DNA of 64,000 bases from the sequence record OQ174504.1. The stretch is one strand, 5' to 3'. The position numbers and the translations under genes are program-made. Numbering within the stretch: the stretch's first letter is position 1; each line of letters starts with the position of its first letter. Origin of the DNA: Escherichia phage REP5. Below the pieces are notes generated by a model. It was not told the origin of the DNA and made no database searches. It saw nothing but the letters and a program-made list of their open reading frames with translations. This document shows, one piece after another, positions 18,369 through 26,822 of this stretch.

Positions 18369-18868
18369 TAATTAAACCTTACTTTTTGTTTAAGGACTGT
18401 TGAATGGTTACCAGATTCATCTACCACATTTACAATCATATCATATACTTTACCTTTGACAAGTACTTTGTAATCATTTTGTGAAAAAATGTACTCAAGT
18501 CTGTTTGTTTCTTTATTAACTGTCATTGGAGATTGAAATGCAGTATCGAGGGTAATGAAAGCGGCTTCAATGCTATTAACATTGATACGTTTATTCTCGC
18601 AGTTATATAACTTTACACCCAAAAGGCATGAACTGTCAAATGGAATTTTAACAATTTCACTACAATTTCCTGAAATAAACGGTTTTCCACTCATTGGAGC
18701 ATCAAGTAACCTGCAAATAGTGAAAACGTCAGAGGTTCCACCATCACTTACGTAACCTGAAAGGCTGACCCTTGAGCCAGCCTCTACAGATAACTTGTCA
18801 GTAATGATAAGAACACCTCTATATGAATGCACTCGTGTAGCATTTGAAATAGAGATAACTTCAGCCAT
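18368..18868 (-). CDS. head morphogenesis-associated protein
   Basis: 166-aa ORF immediately downstream of portal. Confidence 0.35.
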   Translation of the reverse strand: MAEVISISNATRVHSYRGVLIITDKLSVEAGSRVSLSGYVSDGGTSDVFTICRLLDAPMSGKPFISGNCSEIVKIPFDSSCLLGVKLYNCENKRINVNSIEAAFITLDTAFQSPMTVNKETNRLEYIFSQNDYKVLVKGKVYDMIVNVVDESGNHSTVLKQKVRFN

Positions 18869-20343
18869 TATTTATTTGCCTTATTTGCTGTGCTTGGGTC
18901 TTTCGCTGAAGGTGTCTTTGCAGTACCTTCTCCAGCGGTCTTATAACCATCTCCTGAGCGGCTTTGGCTATTTGGAGAAAGCTTTTCAGATACTGGTTGA
19001 GACTCATCAGCAGGAGGAAGACCAATATGCTCTCTAAGCTTGTTAGATAGCTCTTTGTCAACTTCCAAAGCACCTACTGCAACAGTCTTCTGGATATAAG
19101 AACCAATTGCTTCAAGGTCTGGAGTTTCGATATCATCATAAGTGATTTGTACATGTTCTTCATCGTCCCACATATTAAGAGCATAAGTCTGTGCAACTAA
19201 ATCACGGTTAATTACGTTCTTAATTTGCTTCAGCAGAATATCTACTGACATTGCTAGTAAGCTTGTCTTAGAATCTGCAAGAGAGAATGAACCATATTTT
19301 GACTGACCCATAGCAAGAACATCTGACATAAATGCCATCATAATCTGCTTGGAATATCTGTCAATAATAGAACCTGTATCGTATGCTTTAGCACCCTGTC
19401 TAGAAACTAATGAGAACTCGAAAATATCCTCTTTAGTATCTGGGTCGATATATCTAGGCCAGATTAAACCTGCTCTGTCATTAGCAATCATATCATTAAC
19501 AACAGTTTTGCAGTATTGTACAAAAGCTTTCTTTTCAGGTTCTGCATTTTCATCCAGATAATCTGGTGGTAAACCAATCTTTGGCATACCTACTAAGTCT
19601 CTTGAAACACCAACAGCTTCATACTCTTCAATCTGTACTTTATACTTCCACGGTACATAAGCATTAAGCAATGGTGAACGACCTTCTGGGTTACCATACT
19701 CATCATCATACTTAAACAGCATGAATTTAGCTCGTGGGAGTTTTCTTGTTAGTGGTCTTTCTCCAAGATTAATTGCTCCAGCAATATGTGAAACATTTCT
19801 CAGATTCTGTCTAACACCGGTAACTTTTCTAAAGTCTTCGTCAAAATACCACTTATCGAGTGTTGATTGGTTTCTGATTGGTAACTTAGCCCATCCAATT
19901 AGACCATCATCAAATTTTGACTGGTACTTTCCTTTTTTACCCTGTCGCTTCTTATAAACTTTCTCGTTAACACAAAACCCATAAGTGCAGAATGACATTA
20001 CAGAGTTAATAAAATCTGCCCAATCATGCTCCATGTCATCCATTAAAGAATTAAAGAAGTCTGCCCTTTCAAGCATTTTAGGGTCTTGCTCTTTTCCCTT
20101 TGGAGGTACAAATCTCCAGTTGACTTTTCTGACAAACATCTTAATAATATTTACAGATGCTGCTACAGCAGGGTCACGCATCATTAATTGGAAAGTTTTA
20201 ATACTTTCAGGGAACCTTAGTGCCTGACGAGGTTCTTCATAGATTCTTCCATTCTTAACCTTCAGACCCAAAGAACCTACTTCACCCATTCTAAATGGTG
20301 GTAAGCTTTCTTGTGTTTCTGTAATATCTGCCATTCTTCTCAC
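18868..20343 (-). CDS. portal protein
   Basis: 491-aa ORF directly downstream of large terminase. Confidence 0.7.
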   Translation of the reverse strand: MRRMADITETQESLPPFRMGEVGSLGLKVKNGRIYEEPRQALRFPESIKTFQLMMRDPAVAASVNIIKMFVRKVNWRFVPPKGKEQDPKMLERADFFNSLMDDMEHDWADFINSVMSFCTYGFCVNEKVYKKRQGKKGKYQSKFDDGLIGWAKLPIRNQSTLDKWYFDEDFRKVTGVRQNLRNVSHIAGAINLGERPLTRKLPRAKFMLFKYDDEYGNPEGRSPLLNAYVPWKYKVQIEEYEAVGVSRDLVGMPKIGLPPDYLDENAEPEKKAFVQYCKTVVNDMIANDRAGLIWPRYIDPDTKEDIFEFSLVSRQGAKAYDTGSIIDRYSKQIMMAFMSDVLAMGQSKYGSFSLADSKTSLLAMSVDILLKQIKNVINRDLVAQTYALNMWDDEEHVQITYDDIETPDLEAIGSYIQKTVAVGALEVDKELSNKLREHIGLPPADESQPVSEKLSPNSQSRSGDGYKTAGEGTAKTPSAKDPSTANKANK

Positions 20344-20350
20344 CTAGCTA

Positions 20351-21967
20351 TCAACGTCTAAGCCCCTCATATGGGTTTCCTCTCACTAAGTCTGTGTGAG
20401 CACCCATTGATGGTGGCTTGAATAATTTAACTTCGTTCAGACTGTTGAAAGCATCACTGGTAGCATCCACTTGGTCATCTTTAGTTTTACCATCGCCACA
20501 AAAGCCTTCAAGCTCTTGAAAGTAAGCTTCATTCCAACTACCCCTTAAGACTTTTACAAGTCCAGCTTCAGAAGCAGCAGAAAATCCCGCAAAGCGGGTA
20601 ACTTTATCTTTATTTGTTGGTTTGGCTCTTGCTCGATAACCTTTCTCGGCAAGTTTCCTGATGAGGGATGTTGCGTAGGATTTACCAGCAGCGCCTGGGT
20701 CTTGAGGGATAAAAATACCAGTTCGCTTACCGTCACTTTCAGCAGTCAAATTAATTTGTGTTTCGACTCCGGAGGGTCTATCTCTAAATCTTACTACATC
20801 AATGATATAATAGCAACCGTCTTTTTTAGATTTACCCATCTTAACACCTGCTGTCCAGTCTGGATTAGGGTTAACCTCAGATGGTAAAGTTGCTGCTAAG
20901 TCCCATGCTCTAACATCAAATACATCCTCTGGGAGTGAATCAACAATCTCACACCATTGTCTTTGCCAATAGTTTGAACCTTCTGCACGAGCCTTCCAGT
21001 TACCGAAACGAAGTCTTGCAACGTTTACAGGAGTGTTGTTTTCAAGCTTACCGCGATACTTTGGTTCTAAGAAGTCAAGAATTGGGTTATCATCAATCGT
21101 ACCAGAGATGAAGGTGTATGTTTGAGGAATCTCAAGAGGGAACATTTCAAGAATCTTGTCTCTCTCCCAATCAGAAACCATCACACCATCATTCATTACA
21201 TACCAACGAATACGACCACACTTTTCAGGGTCTGGATAACCTTCTTCATCTAAGAATGGTTCTACCCAATCATAAATAAAATGGTCTCTGTCTGGGTTCA
21301 TGGAAATCTTCATGTATGAATCGCCTTCAGCACCAGAACGTAGACGGGTTTGTAGGTATGAAATCTGTGAAGCAGAGAAGTGTGTACCTTCGTCAAAGTA
21401 AATAGCTGAGTATTCAATACCCTGATGACCTTCAGCGTGCTTTTCAAGTTCTAGGTAGGTGAACTTAATAGTTGCCCCAGAAGGGAATGTGATAGTCATC
21501 TTCTGCTCGTGAGGAACCCCACCAAACTTACCAAATAGTTTCTTTGCAGCAGGCCATAAACCACCTTGTAACTGTGTTGTATTTCGACGGAAATACACAG
21601 CATTATAGTTAGGGTCTTCAATAAATCTTAAAGAGTCCATTAACAATGCAGCAGTTTTACCAGCACCAGCAGCACCACCATAGAGAACCAAGTCAGCATT
21701 AGTATTTAAAAAGACCTCTTGAGAACCCGGTTGAGGGGCTACATAGTTCTTATCAGTCATCAATTTAAAGATGAGGCGAACTTGGTCTGGTGTGTATCTT
21801 AATAAAGTCAGAATTTGAGTTGGAAGGAATTTAGAGGGGTCTTTACCGAATGATTTGATAATTTCTTTTACTTCATCAGAAAGCCCCAACTCTCCAGCTA
21901 GGACTTTCCTAACATCTTCCACTCGCTTCTGCTTAACAGCATTTAAGTCCATTAAGCGCCTCCGCAA
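20351..21967 (-). CDS. terL: terminase large subunit
   Basis: 538-aa ORF with Walker A LYGGAAGAGKTAAL; size and position typical. Confidence 0.9.
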   Translation of the reverse strand: MRRRLMDLNAVKQKRVEDVRKVLAGELGLSDEVKEIIKSFGKDPSKFLPTQILTLLRYTPDQVRLIFKLMTDKNYVAPQPGSQEVFLNTNADLVLYGGAAGAGKTAALLMDSLRFIEDPNYNAVYFRRNTTQLQGGLWPAAKKLFGKFGGVPHEQKMTITFPSGATIKFTYLELEKHAEGHQGIEYSAIYFDEGTHFSASQISYLQTRLRSGAEGDSYMKISMNPDRDHFIYDWVEPFLDEEGYPDPEKCGRIRWYVMNDGVMVSDWERDKILEMFPLEIPQTYTFISGTIDDNPILDFLEPKYRGKLENNTPVNVARLRFGNWKARAEGSNYWQRQWCEIVDSLPEDVFDVRAWDLAATLPSEVNPNPDWTAGVKMGKSKKDGCYYIIDVVRFRDRPSGVETQINLTAESDGKRTGIFIPQDPGAAGKSYATSLIRKLAEKGYRARAKPTNKDKVTRFAGFSAASEAGLVKVLRGSWNEAYFQELEGFCGDGKTKDDQVDATSDAFNSLNEVKLFKPPSMGAHTDLVRGNPYEGLRR

Positions 21968-21973
21968 ATAGAA

Positions 21974-22174
21974 TTATTCAGAGTCTGTAGTAGTCTCTTC
22001 TTTCTTAACTTCGAACTTTGCATCAACAGCATCAAGAAGTGCATCCATAGATGCTTCTTTAATATCAATACCTGTTGCTACAGATAGTCTGTCTGCAATT
22101 GCCATGATAGTATTCTGCATAAACTCTAACTTCTTGTTAGCTTCATAAAGTTCTTTATAAACGTTCTCGCTCAT
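21974..22174 (-). CDS. small protein upstream of terminase
   Basis: 66-aa ORF with RBS. Confidence 0.3.
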   Translation of the reverse strand: MSENVYKELYEANKKLEFMQNTIMAIADRLSVATGIDIKEASMDALLDAVDAKFEVKKEETTTDSE

Positions 22175-22386
22175 TATGTTTTCTCCAAATAATTAATACT
22201 GTTTCCCCTTAAAAAAGACGGCACAGAGACCGTCAAGGAGAAACCACAATGTACGTCAGAGACATACTGTATAAGTCTTCCTATAAAGTATAACTCTGTA
22301 AAAAAGCCCTGTCTAAAAATACTCTTCGGTAGCGAAAGGAAGAATACTTATAGCAGGGCATTATTATTATTTTAATTGAGAGAGAG

Positions 22387-22462
22387 TAAAATAACTTGGA
22401 GAATCCGAAGGGACTCGAACCCTTATAAACCTGTTTTGCAGACAGGCACATATCCATTTCTG
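22387..22462 (-). tRNA. tRNA-Cys (GCA)
   Basis: Manual fold: acceptor GAATCCG/CGGATTC, anticodon stem CCTGT/ACAGG, loop CTGCAAA, T-loop TTCGAGT, encoded CCA. Confidence 0.6.
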
Positions 22463-22466
22463 TCAC

Positions 22467-22559
22467 GGATTCAAATTGGAGGAAGATACCAGACTTGAAC
22501 TGGTACACCGATTTCTCAGCTACTGGCAGTTTAGCAAACTGCTCCCTTACCTTTTAGGG
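22467..22559 (-). tRNA. tRNA-Ser (GCU), type II
   Basis: Acceptor GGAAGAT/ATCTTCC, anticodon stem GCAGT/ACTGC, loop TTGCTAA, long variable arm, CCA. Confidence 0.6.
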
Positions 22560-22570
22560 TTAATCTTCCA

Positions 22571-23305
22571 TTATTTCTGTAATGCGCTCTTCATTTCTGG
22601 TGTTGCAATAGTGTCAATTACACCAGTTTTACAAGCATCATCAAACCAGTCTGGTAAGATACCTGCTAAGAACCCATTGATATTCGTTTTAAGGTACTCT
22701 GCAATAAGGGCAGCTTCTTCTTCAATCATCTGCACAACTTCATCTGCATAAGCTGTAATCTTTGAGATACCTTCATTAATCTTGCTAACAGCTTGGTTAG
22801 CTAAATCAGAAACAGTATCAAGACCTTTATCAATAGCATCTTGTAAGTCACTTAATACATCATTAACACCGTCTAGTGCACTGTTCATCATGTCAATAGC
22901 TTTTTGACCATGTTCTGTAGCAACACCCATAATACCACTGAATGGTGTACAACCAACTTGTTCTCCTGCTGCACCCATAACATTGGAATACCCCTTTGCT
23001 ACCTGCATACGTGATGAAAACTCATCAATAGACTTTTGACCGTAGTCTGTTAGGGTCTTAGTAGTTGCTGTAGTGCTTGTAAGGCTTGTTGTAAAGCTGT
23101 TTAGAAGGACTGTTGTAAGTCCAGCAGCAACAAGTTTCTCCTTCATTGTAGGGTCTGTTACAGAACTAATAGAGCTTACAAGTGATGTAGAAGCAGCTAC
23201 GGTTCCACCGAGGACTGCTGCACCAGTAATAAGTGGGTTAGAAAACCCTTTACCGGTTTTTAAGAGATTAAAAATCTCCTTACCTTGTTCTGTCATCTCT
23301 TTCAT
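22571..23305 (-). CDS. hypothetical protein embedded in tRNA cluster
   Basis: ORF 22571..23368 trimmed to an internal Met to avoid overlap with tRNA-Phe. Confidence 0.35.
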   Translation of the reverse strand: MKEMTEQGKEIFNLLKTGKGFSNPLITGAAVLGGTVAASTSLVSSISSVTDPTMKEKLVAAGLTTVLLNSFTTSLTSTTATTKTLTDYGQKSIDEFSSRMQVAKGYSNVMGAAGEQVGCTPFSGIMGVATEHGQKAIDMMNSALDGVNDVLSDLQDAIDKGLDTVSDLANQAVSKINEGISKITAYADEVVQMIEEEAALIAEYLKTNINGFLAGILPDWFDDACKTGVIDTIATPEMKSALQK

Positions 23306-23323
23306 TAAGCACCTTTGAAATTG

Positions 23324-23398
23324 GTAGTCCAGTGGGATTTGAACCCTCTTCTCATGTTTTTCAGACACGCGCTTTAACCATATAAGCTACTTGGACTA
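23324..23398 (-). tRNA. tRNA-Phe (GAA)
   Basis: Acceptor TAGTCCA/TGGACTA, anticodon stem CGTGT/ACATG, loop CTGAAAA, T-loop TTCAAAT. Confidence 0.55.
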
Positions 23399-23403
23399 TA
23401 AAT

Positions 23404-23479
23404 TGGGGTGACCTACGGGATTTGAACCCGTATAGACCATGTTCACAGCATGGGTCATTACCATTTATGATAAGGCCAC
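23404..23479 (-). tRNA. tRNA-His (GUG)
   Basis: D-stem TCAT/ATGA, anticodon stem CCATG/CATGG, loop CTGTGAA, CCA. Confidence 0.6.
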
Positions 23480-23510
23480 ATTTAAGGATTCTCGTAAGAA
23501 CCCTTAGAAG

Positions 23511-23586
23511 TGGCAGCGGCATAAGGATTTGAACCTTAATAGGACAGCTTCAGAGACTGTTGCATTGCCAGTTATGCTATACCGCT
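23511..23586 (-). tRNA. tRNA-Gln (CUG)
   Basis: D-stem GCAT/ATGC, anticodon stem ACAGT/GCTGT, loop CTCTGAA, T-arm TAAGG-TTCAAAT-CCTTA. Confidence 0.55.
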
Positions 23587-23591
23587 AAATT

Positions 23592-23670
23592 TGGTACTCC
23601 ATATCGGATTCGAACCGATACATAACACAGATTTTAAGTCTGGCCTCTCTGCCAATTGGAGTAATGGAGC
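23592..23670 (-). tRNA. tRNA with anticodon UAA (Leu-type) but short variable arm
   Basis: Anticodon helix CAGA/TCTG with loop CTTAAAA; Leu-like D-arm CCAATTGGCAGAG; A73; T-arm ATCGG-TTCGAAT-CCGAT; no long extra arm. Confidence 0.45.
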
Positions 23671-23672
23671 AT

Positions 23673-23748
23673 TGGCGGGGGATGTTGGAATTGAACCAAC
23701 TTCTTCGATTTCAAAGACCGAGGTTTTAACCTTGTAAACTAATCCCCT
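23673..23748 (-). tRNA. tRNA-Gln (UUG)
   Basis: Anticodon stem TCGGT/ATCGA, loop CTTTGAA, T-arm GTTGG-TTCAATT-CCAAC. Confidence 0.5.
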
Positions 23749-23756
23749 TTAAATCT

Positions 23757-24314
23757 TTACTTTCTCAGTGGATGAATAAAGAATGCCAACATAACTCTTT
23801 CCCTTGAGAATGCTCTTTCTTCTGGGACAACGCTTTTTAGTTTCCATCCAATATAAATTCTCCAGTAAAACTGTTTACCAAAGACTTTAATTGATGGGAT
23901 AAAAGCGAATAATCCCCAAGCATTACTGTTCCACATTAGGAGATAACCAGTCTGATTATCTTCAGGGTCAGAACTTACGTTGATATTACCTTTCCACTTA
24001 GTAACATCTTTTACATCTCTTCCTAATACATGGTAAGAGAAGTTATAAGCTTTGTTTCTCCAGAGCCACCCAACTCTCTGCATATAGACACCAAGCTTAC
24101 CAATCTTTCTAATTTTAGCCCATCGTTTAACGTGACCTTCATCACCATCAATTGGGTTGTCATATGTCTCCATCCATCTGAAGCCGAAAGGTAAGTGTCC
24201 TTTCTTCTCACTGTAAAATGGAACTACGAAAGGTGCTAAGATAACTGCTAAGATTGCTGCAAATGGCTCTAACAAAGCTAATAAAATCCATGAAGCATAC
24301 TTCAAATATCTCAT
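23757..24314 (-). CDS. membrane protein embedded in tRNA cluster
   Basis: 185-aa ORF with hydrophobic N-terminus ILLALLEPFAAILAVILAPFVVPF. Confidence 0.4.
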   Translation of the reverse strand: MRYLKYASWILLALLEPFAAILAVILAPFVVPFYSEKKGHLPFGFRWMETYDNPIDGDEGHVKRWAKIRKIGKLGVYMQRVGWLWRNKAYNFSYHVLGRDVKDVTKWKGNINVSSDPEDNQTGYLLMWNSNAWGLFAFIPSIKVFGKQFYWRIYIGWKLKSVVPEERAFSRERVMLAFFIHPLRK

Positions 24315-24333
24315 CTAAATAGCCTCTTTAAAT

Positions 24334-24409
24334 TGGCGCAGGATAAGGGATTCGAACCCCTATTAACAGCTTCGTAGACTGTTGCTCTATCCATTTGAAC
24401 TAATCCTGC
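24334..24409 (-). tRNA. tRNA-Arg (ACG)
   Basis: Acceptor GCAGGAT/ATCCTGC, anticodon stem ACAGT/GCTGT, loop CTACGAA. Confidence 0.6.
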
Positions 24410-24414
24410 AAAAT

Positions 24415-24492
24415 TGGTGTTCCAAGACGGATTCGAACCGTCACTAGTACAAGGTTTGAGCTTGCATCCTCTGCCAATTGGGATACTGGAAC
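24415..24492 (-). tRNA. tRNA with anticodon CAA (Leu-type) but short variable arm
   Basis: Anticodon stem GCAAG/CTTGT, loop CTCAAAC; D-arm CCAATTGGCAGAGG; A73. Confidence 0.45.
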
Positions 24493-24493
24493 A

Positions 24494-24568
24494 TGGTACT
24501 CACTAAAGGACTTGAACCTTTTTCTTCATCTTGTAAGGGTGGTGTTTTACCATATAAACTAAGCGAGT
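24494..24568 (-). tRNA. tRNA-Val (UAC)-like, weak anticodon stem
   Basis: Loop CTTACAA; anticodon stem CCACC/GATGA has two C-A mismatches; acceptor and T-arm intact. Confidence 0.4.
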
Positions 24569-24571
24569 ATG

Positions 24572-24658
24572 AAAGAGGTCTGAAGTTGTGCCGCTAACTC
24601 AACTCCGTGGAATTTGTTACGGTCTTCAGTTGACACCAGCGGTCTTTCACTTGACCTC
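24572..24658 (-). ncRNA. tRNA-like structured element / possible pseudo-tRNA
   Basis: 7-bp terminal helix AGAGGTC/GACCTCT enclosing ~73 nt with internal hairpins but no canonical T-loop. Confidence 0.2.
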
Positions 24659-24663
24659 TGAAT

Positions 24664-24740
24664 TGGTGCTGCTCACAGGACTCGAACCCGCATTTCCATC
24701 CTTACAAGGGATGTGTAATAGCCAATTATACGAAAGCAGC
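24664..24740 (-). tRNA. tRNA-Thr (UGU)
   Basis: Anticodon stem CATCC/GGATG, loop CTTGTAA. Confidence 0.6.
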
Positions 24741-24747
24741 ATTAATT

Positions 24748-24822
24748 TGGAGCATCCAGAGGGAATCGAACCCTCAACCTCAGTTTGGAAGACTGTAATT
24801 TTCCCGTTTAAACTATGGATGC
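24748..24822 (-). tRNA. tRNA-Gly (UCC)
   Basis: Acceptor GCATCCA/TGGATGC, loop CTTCCAA. Confidence 0.6.
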
Positions 24823-24828
24823 ACTAAT

Positions 24829-24904
24829 TGGTGGAGAAGCAGGGAATTGAACCCTGTACTTAAGTTTGCAAAACTTATGTTTTAACCATGTAAACTACAT
24901 CCCC
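24829..24904 (-). tRNA. tRNA-Ala (UGC)
   Basis: Anticodon stem TAAGT/ACTTA, loop TTTGCAA; G3-U70 wobble pair present. Confidence 0.6.
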
Positions 24905-24910
24905 AATGTC

Positions 24911-24986
24911 TGGTACAGGTGGAGGGAATTGAACCCATCGTCTTACTGATTAAGAGTCAGCCGCATAACCATTTTGCTACACCTGC
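24911..24986 (-). tRNA. tRNA-Lys (CUU)
   Basis: Anticodon stem GCTGA/TCAGT, loop CTCTTAA. Confidence 0.5.
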
Positions 24987-24993
24987 ATTAATT

Positions 24994-25071
24994 TGGTAGG
25001 AGACAAGGGATTCGAACCCTCAAACATCTCGTTCTAAGCGAGATAGGTTTACCAATTACCGTCAATCTCCC
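24994..25071 (-). tRNA. tRNA with anticodon UAG (Leu-type) but short variable arm
   Basis: Anticodon stem TCTCG/CGAGA, loop CTTAGAA; D-arm GTAATTGGTAAAC; A73; 5-nt variable region. Confidence 0.45.
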
Positions 25072-25316
25072 ATTAAGTCTTTTTAGAGAACTTCTAAGAA
25101 CCTAAGCAACAAGGTTCCACAACAAGCTGTAATAACCTTAGAAGCCCTCTAAAAAGACCTAAAAAGGTCTTTGCATAGTCTTGTTTAATCCGGTGACTAG
25201 AACCTTTGGAGAGCTTGATATTATCTCTTCTCCGTGACACCTACTAGGTGTTTTATCAATGTGTACAACAATACACGCGGTATACCAAAGCAACATCCGA
25301 ATGAAGCTTGGCTTTA

Positions 25317-25406
25317 AATCTTATTAGGCGGTAAGTAAAGGAGTCGAACCCTCACCGTATCTCTACAGTGGCAACTGTTTTCAAGACAGTTTGGCTACCA
25401 TTAGCC
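25317..25406 (-). tRNA. tRNA-Ser (UGA), type II
   Basis: Anticodon stem ACTGT/ACAGT, loop CTTGAAA, ~20-nt variable arm, T-loop TTCGACT. Confidence 0.55.
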
Positions 25407-25429
25407 GCTACCTACCCCTAATAAGACTT

Positions 25430-25512
25430 TGGCATGGGACGGAGGAGTTGAACCCCTTTGAAACGGTGTTGGAAGCCGTTGCTCATGCCTTAGAGTCTTA
25501 ACATCGTCCCAT
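25430..25512 (-). tRNA. atypical tRNA-like gene (Gly-UCC-like loop with 2-nt expansion)
   Basis: Acceptor ATGGGAC/GTCCCAT with CCA; T-arm AGGGG-TTCAACT-CCTCC; anticodon helix ACGG/CCGT enclosing 9-nt loop CTTCCAACA. Confidence 0.3.
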
Positions 25513-25644
25513 ACTATAATTCGAAGCTTACCGTATTATCTCAACACTGTAAAGCCCCTTCTCAGATTATTTACATGTTCTGGAAAACATGAGATACAGA
25601 CCACCTCCCTACAGGAAGACCCGCTTAGGTCGTCTAAGTAATCT

Positions 25645-25721
25645 GCTAACTATTTGGCACACCCTACAGGATTCGAACCTGTAACTCAATGATTAGAAGT
25701 CATTTGCTCTGTCCAGTTGAA
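25645..25721 (-). tRNA. tRNA-Arg (UCU)
   Basis: Anticodon stem AATGA/TCATT, loop CTTCTAA. Confidence 0.6.
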
Positions 25722-25934
25722 CTAAGGGTGCATTAATCTTTAAAGACTCTCTTAGAAAGCCCTTAAAGATGCCCACCTTATTAATCATACCGTGGGCTAG
25801 TACGCCAAATTCTTTGATGAGGGATTGGAAGACCTCACTGGTGTTTAGCCTATCAAGCTACTGCCAGAAAAACATTGTCGTTTGCATTTATTTTAAATTT
25901 GCAAAATAGACGCTACGCAACGAAAACTAAGGTT

Positions 25935-25963
25935 ACTATAAAGTGGTCACATCTCAGTGTCAA
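25935..25963 (-). promoter_or_regulatory. sigma70-like promoter inside tRNA cluster
   Basis: Minus-strand TTGACA, 17-nt spacer, TATAGT; points leftward into a ~200-nt leader then tRNA-Arg(UCU). Confidence 0.4.
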
Positions 25964-25978
25964 CAACTTTATTGAAAT

Positions 25979-26054
25979 TGGTACTGTGAGAAGGATTCGA
26001 ACCTTCTGCCTTTCGGTTATCAGCCGAATGCACATCCATATGTGCTTTCACAGC
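25979..26054 (-). tRNA. tRNA-Ile (GAU)
   Basis: D-stem GCAC/GTGC, anticodon stem TTCGG/CCGAA, loop CTGATAA. Confidence 0.6.
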
Positions 26055-26056
26055 TT

Positions 26057-26133
26057 TGGAGGTTCAGATGGGAATCGAACCCACATTCATAGGGCTTATG
26101 AGACCCTTGCATTACCTTATCTGCGACTGAACC
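26057..26133 (-). tRNA. tRNA-Met (CAU)
   Basis: Acceptor GGTTCAG/CTGAACC, anticodon stem AGGGT/GCCCT, loop CTCATAA. Confidence 0.55.
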
Positions 26134-26137
26134 ATTT

Positions 26138-26213
26138 TGGTAGAAGTGGAGGGATTCGAACCCATCGCCTGTCAGATTAAAAGTCTGCCGCATCACCATT
26201 CTGCTACACTTCC
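26138..26213 (-). tRNA. tRNA-Lys (UUU)
   Basis: Anticodon helix GCAG/CTGA-type with loop CTTTTAA; T-loop TTCGAAT; CCA. Confidence 0.55.
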
Positions 26214-26217
26214 ATTA

Positions 26218-26361
26218 AATTATCTTTGTAGATAAGCTACCCAGACTTGCTTAAGGTCTGTAGCGATGTGCCTTGTTGGGTTTAAATCTAGAATTTACCC
26301 TTTCACCCTTTGTGGTCGCATACTCACAGGTAAGCTTAATAACTTATCTACAAAGATAATT
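26218..26361. repeat. 19-bp perfect inverted repeat (AATTATCTTTGTAGATAAG) flanking ~106 bp
   Basis: Left arm 26218-26236 is the exact reverse complement of right arm 26343-26361. Confidence 0.6.
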
Positions 26362-26400
26362 ACCAGACCGTTGTTTATCATCTTAAGTGCTACCATTACA

Positions 26401-26440
26401 CCAACTCGACATCTGCCGAGTGAAGGAATCGAACCTTCAC
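26401..26440 (-). pseudogene. tRNA remnant (3' half only)
   Basis: Intact T-arm GAAGG-TTCGATT-CCTTC and acceptor-like 3' strand, but no complementary 5' acceptor found upstream. Confidence 0.25.
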
Positions 26441-26474
26441 CTTTTCTTTACCGGAGAAATAGATTGTTTAAGTT

Positions 26475-26497
26475 TTGCTGTAAACGGTCTTCTGTAA
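26475..26497. repeat. tRNA-cluster repeat element, copy 1
   Basis: TTGCTGTAAACGGTCTTCTGTAAA. Confidence 0.55.
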
Positions 26498-26563
26498 ATT
26501 TGTTGAGCCAGACCAAGTTTTAAATTTTTCAAAATTAAATTGGCTTGAAATTTTCATACGTTC

Positions 26564-26586
26564 TTGCTGTATTTGGTCTTCTGCTC
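26564..26586. repeat. tRNA-cluster repeat element, copy 2 (diverged)
   Basis: TTGCTGTATTTGGTCTTCTGCTC. Confidence 0.45.
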
Positions 26587-26643
26587 CTTTAAAGAATACT
26601 CGTAAGAACTCTTTAAGGGAGGGGCTAAATAGCCCTCTCAAAA

Positions 26644-26729
26644 TTGGCGGCTACGATGAGACTTGAACTCACATCATCTCCCAATATCCTTTTACGTGGG
26701 AGTATTTTAACCAAATTAAACTACATAAC
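26644..26729 (-). tRNA. type II tRNA, anticodon unresolved (possibly degenerate)
   Basis: 86 nt; acceptor GGTTATG/CGTAGCC with CCA; T-arm GTGAG-TTCAAGT-CTCAT; Leu-like D-arm; anticodon region CACGTAAAA with only a 3-bp stem. Confidence 0.35.
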
Positions 26730-26734
26730 CTTTA

Positions 26735-26822
26735 TTGGTGTGCCGTGTAGGAGTCGAACCTACCGAGTCTCAATGACAAGGGATTTACAGTCCCCACCGC
26801 TACCATCTACGGGATAACGACA
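26735..26822 (-). tRNA. tRNA-Tyr (GUA), type II
   Basis: Anticodon stem GGGGA/TCCCT, loop CTGTAAA, long variable arm, T-arm GTAGG-TTCGACT-CCTAC, CCA. Confidence 0.55.
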
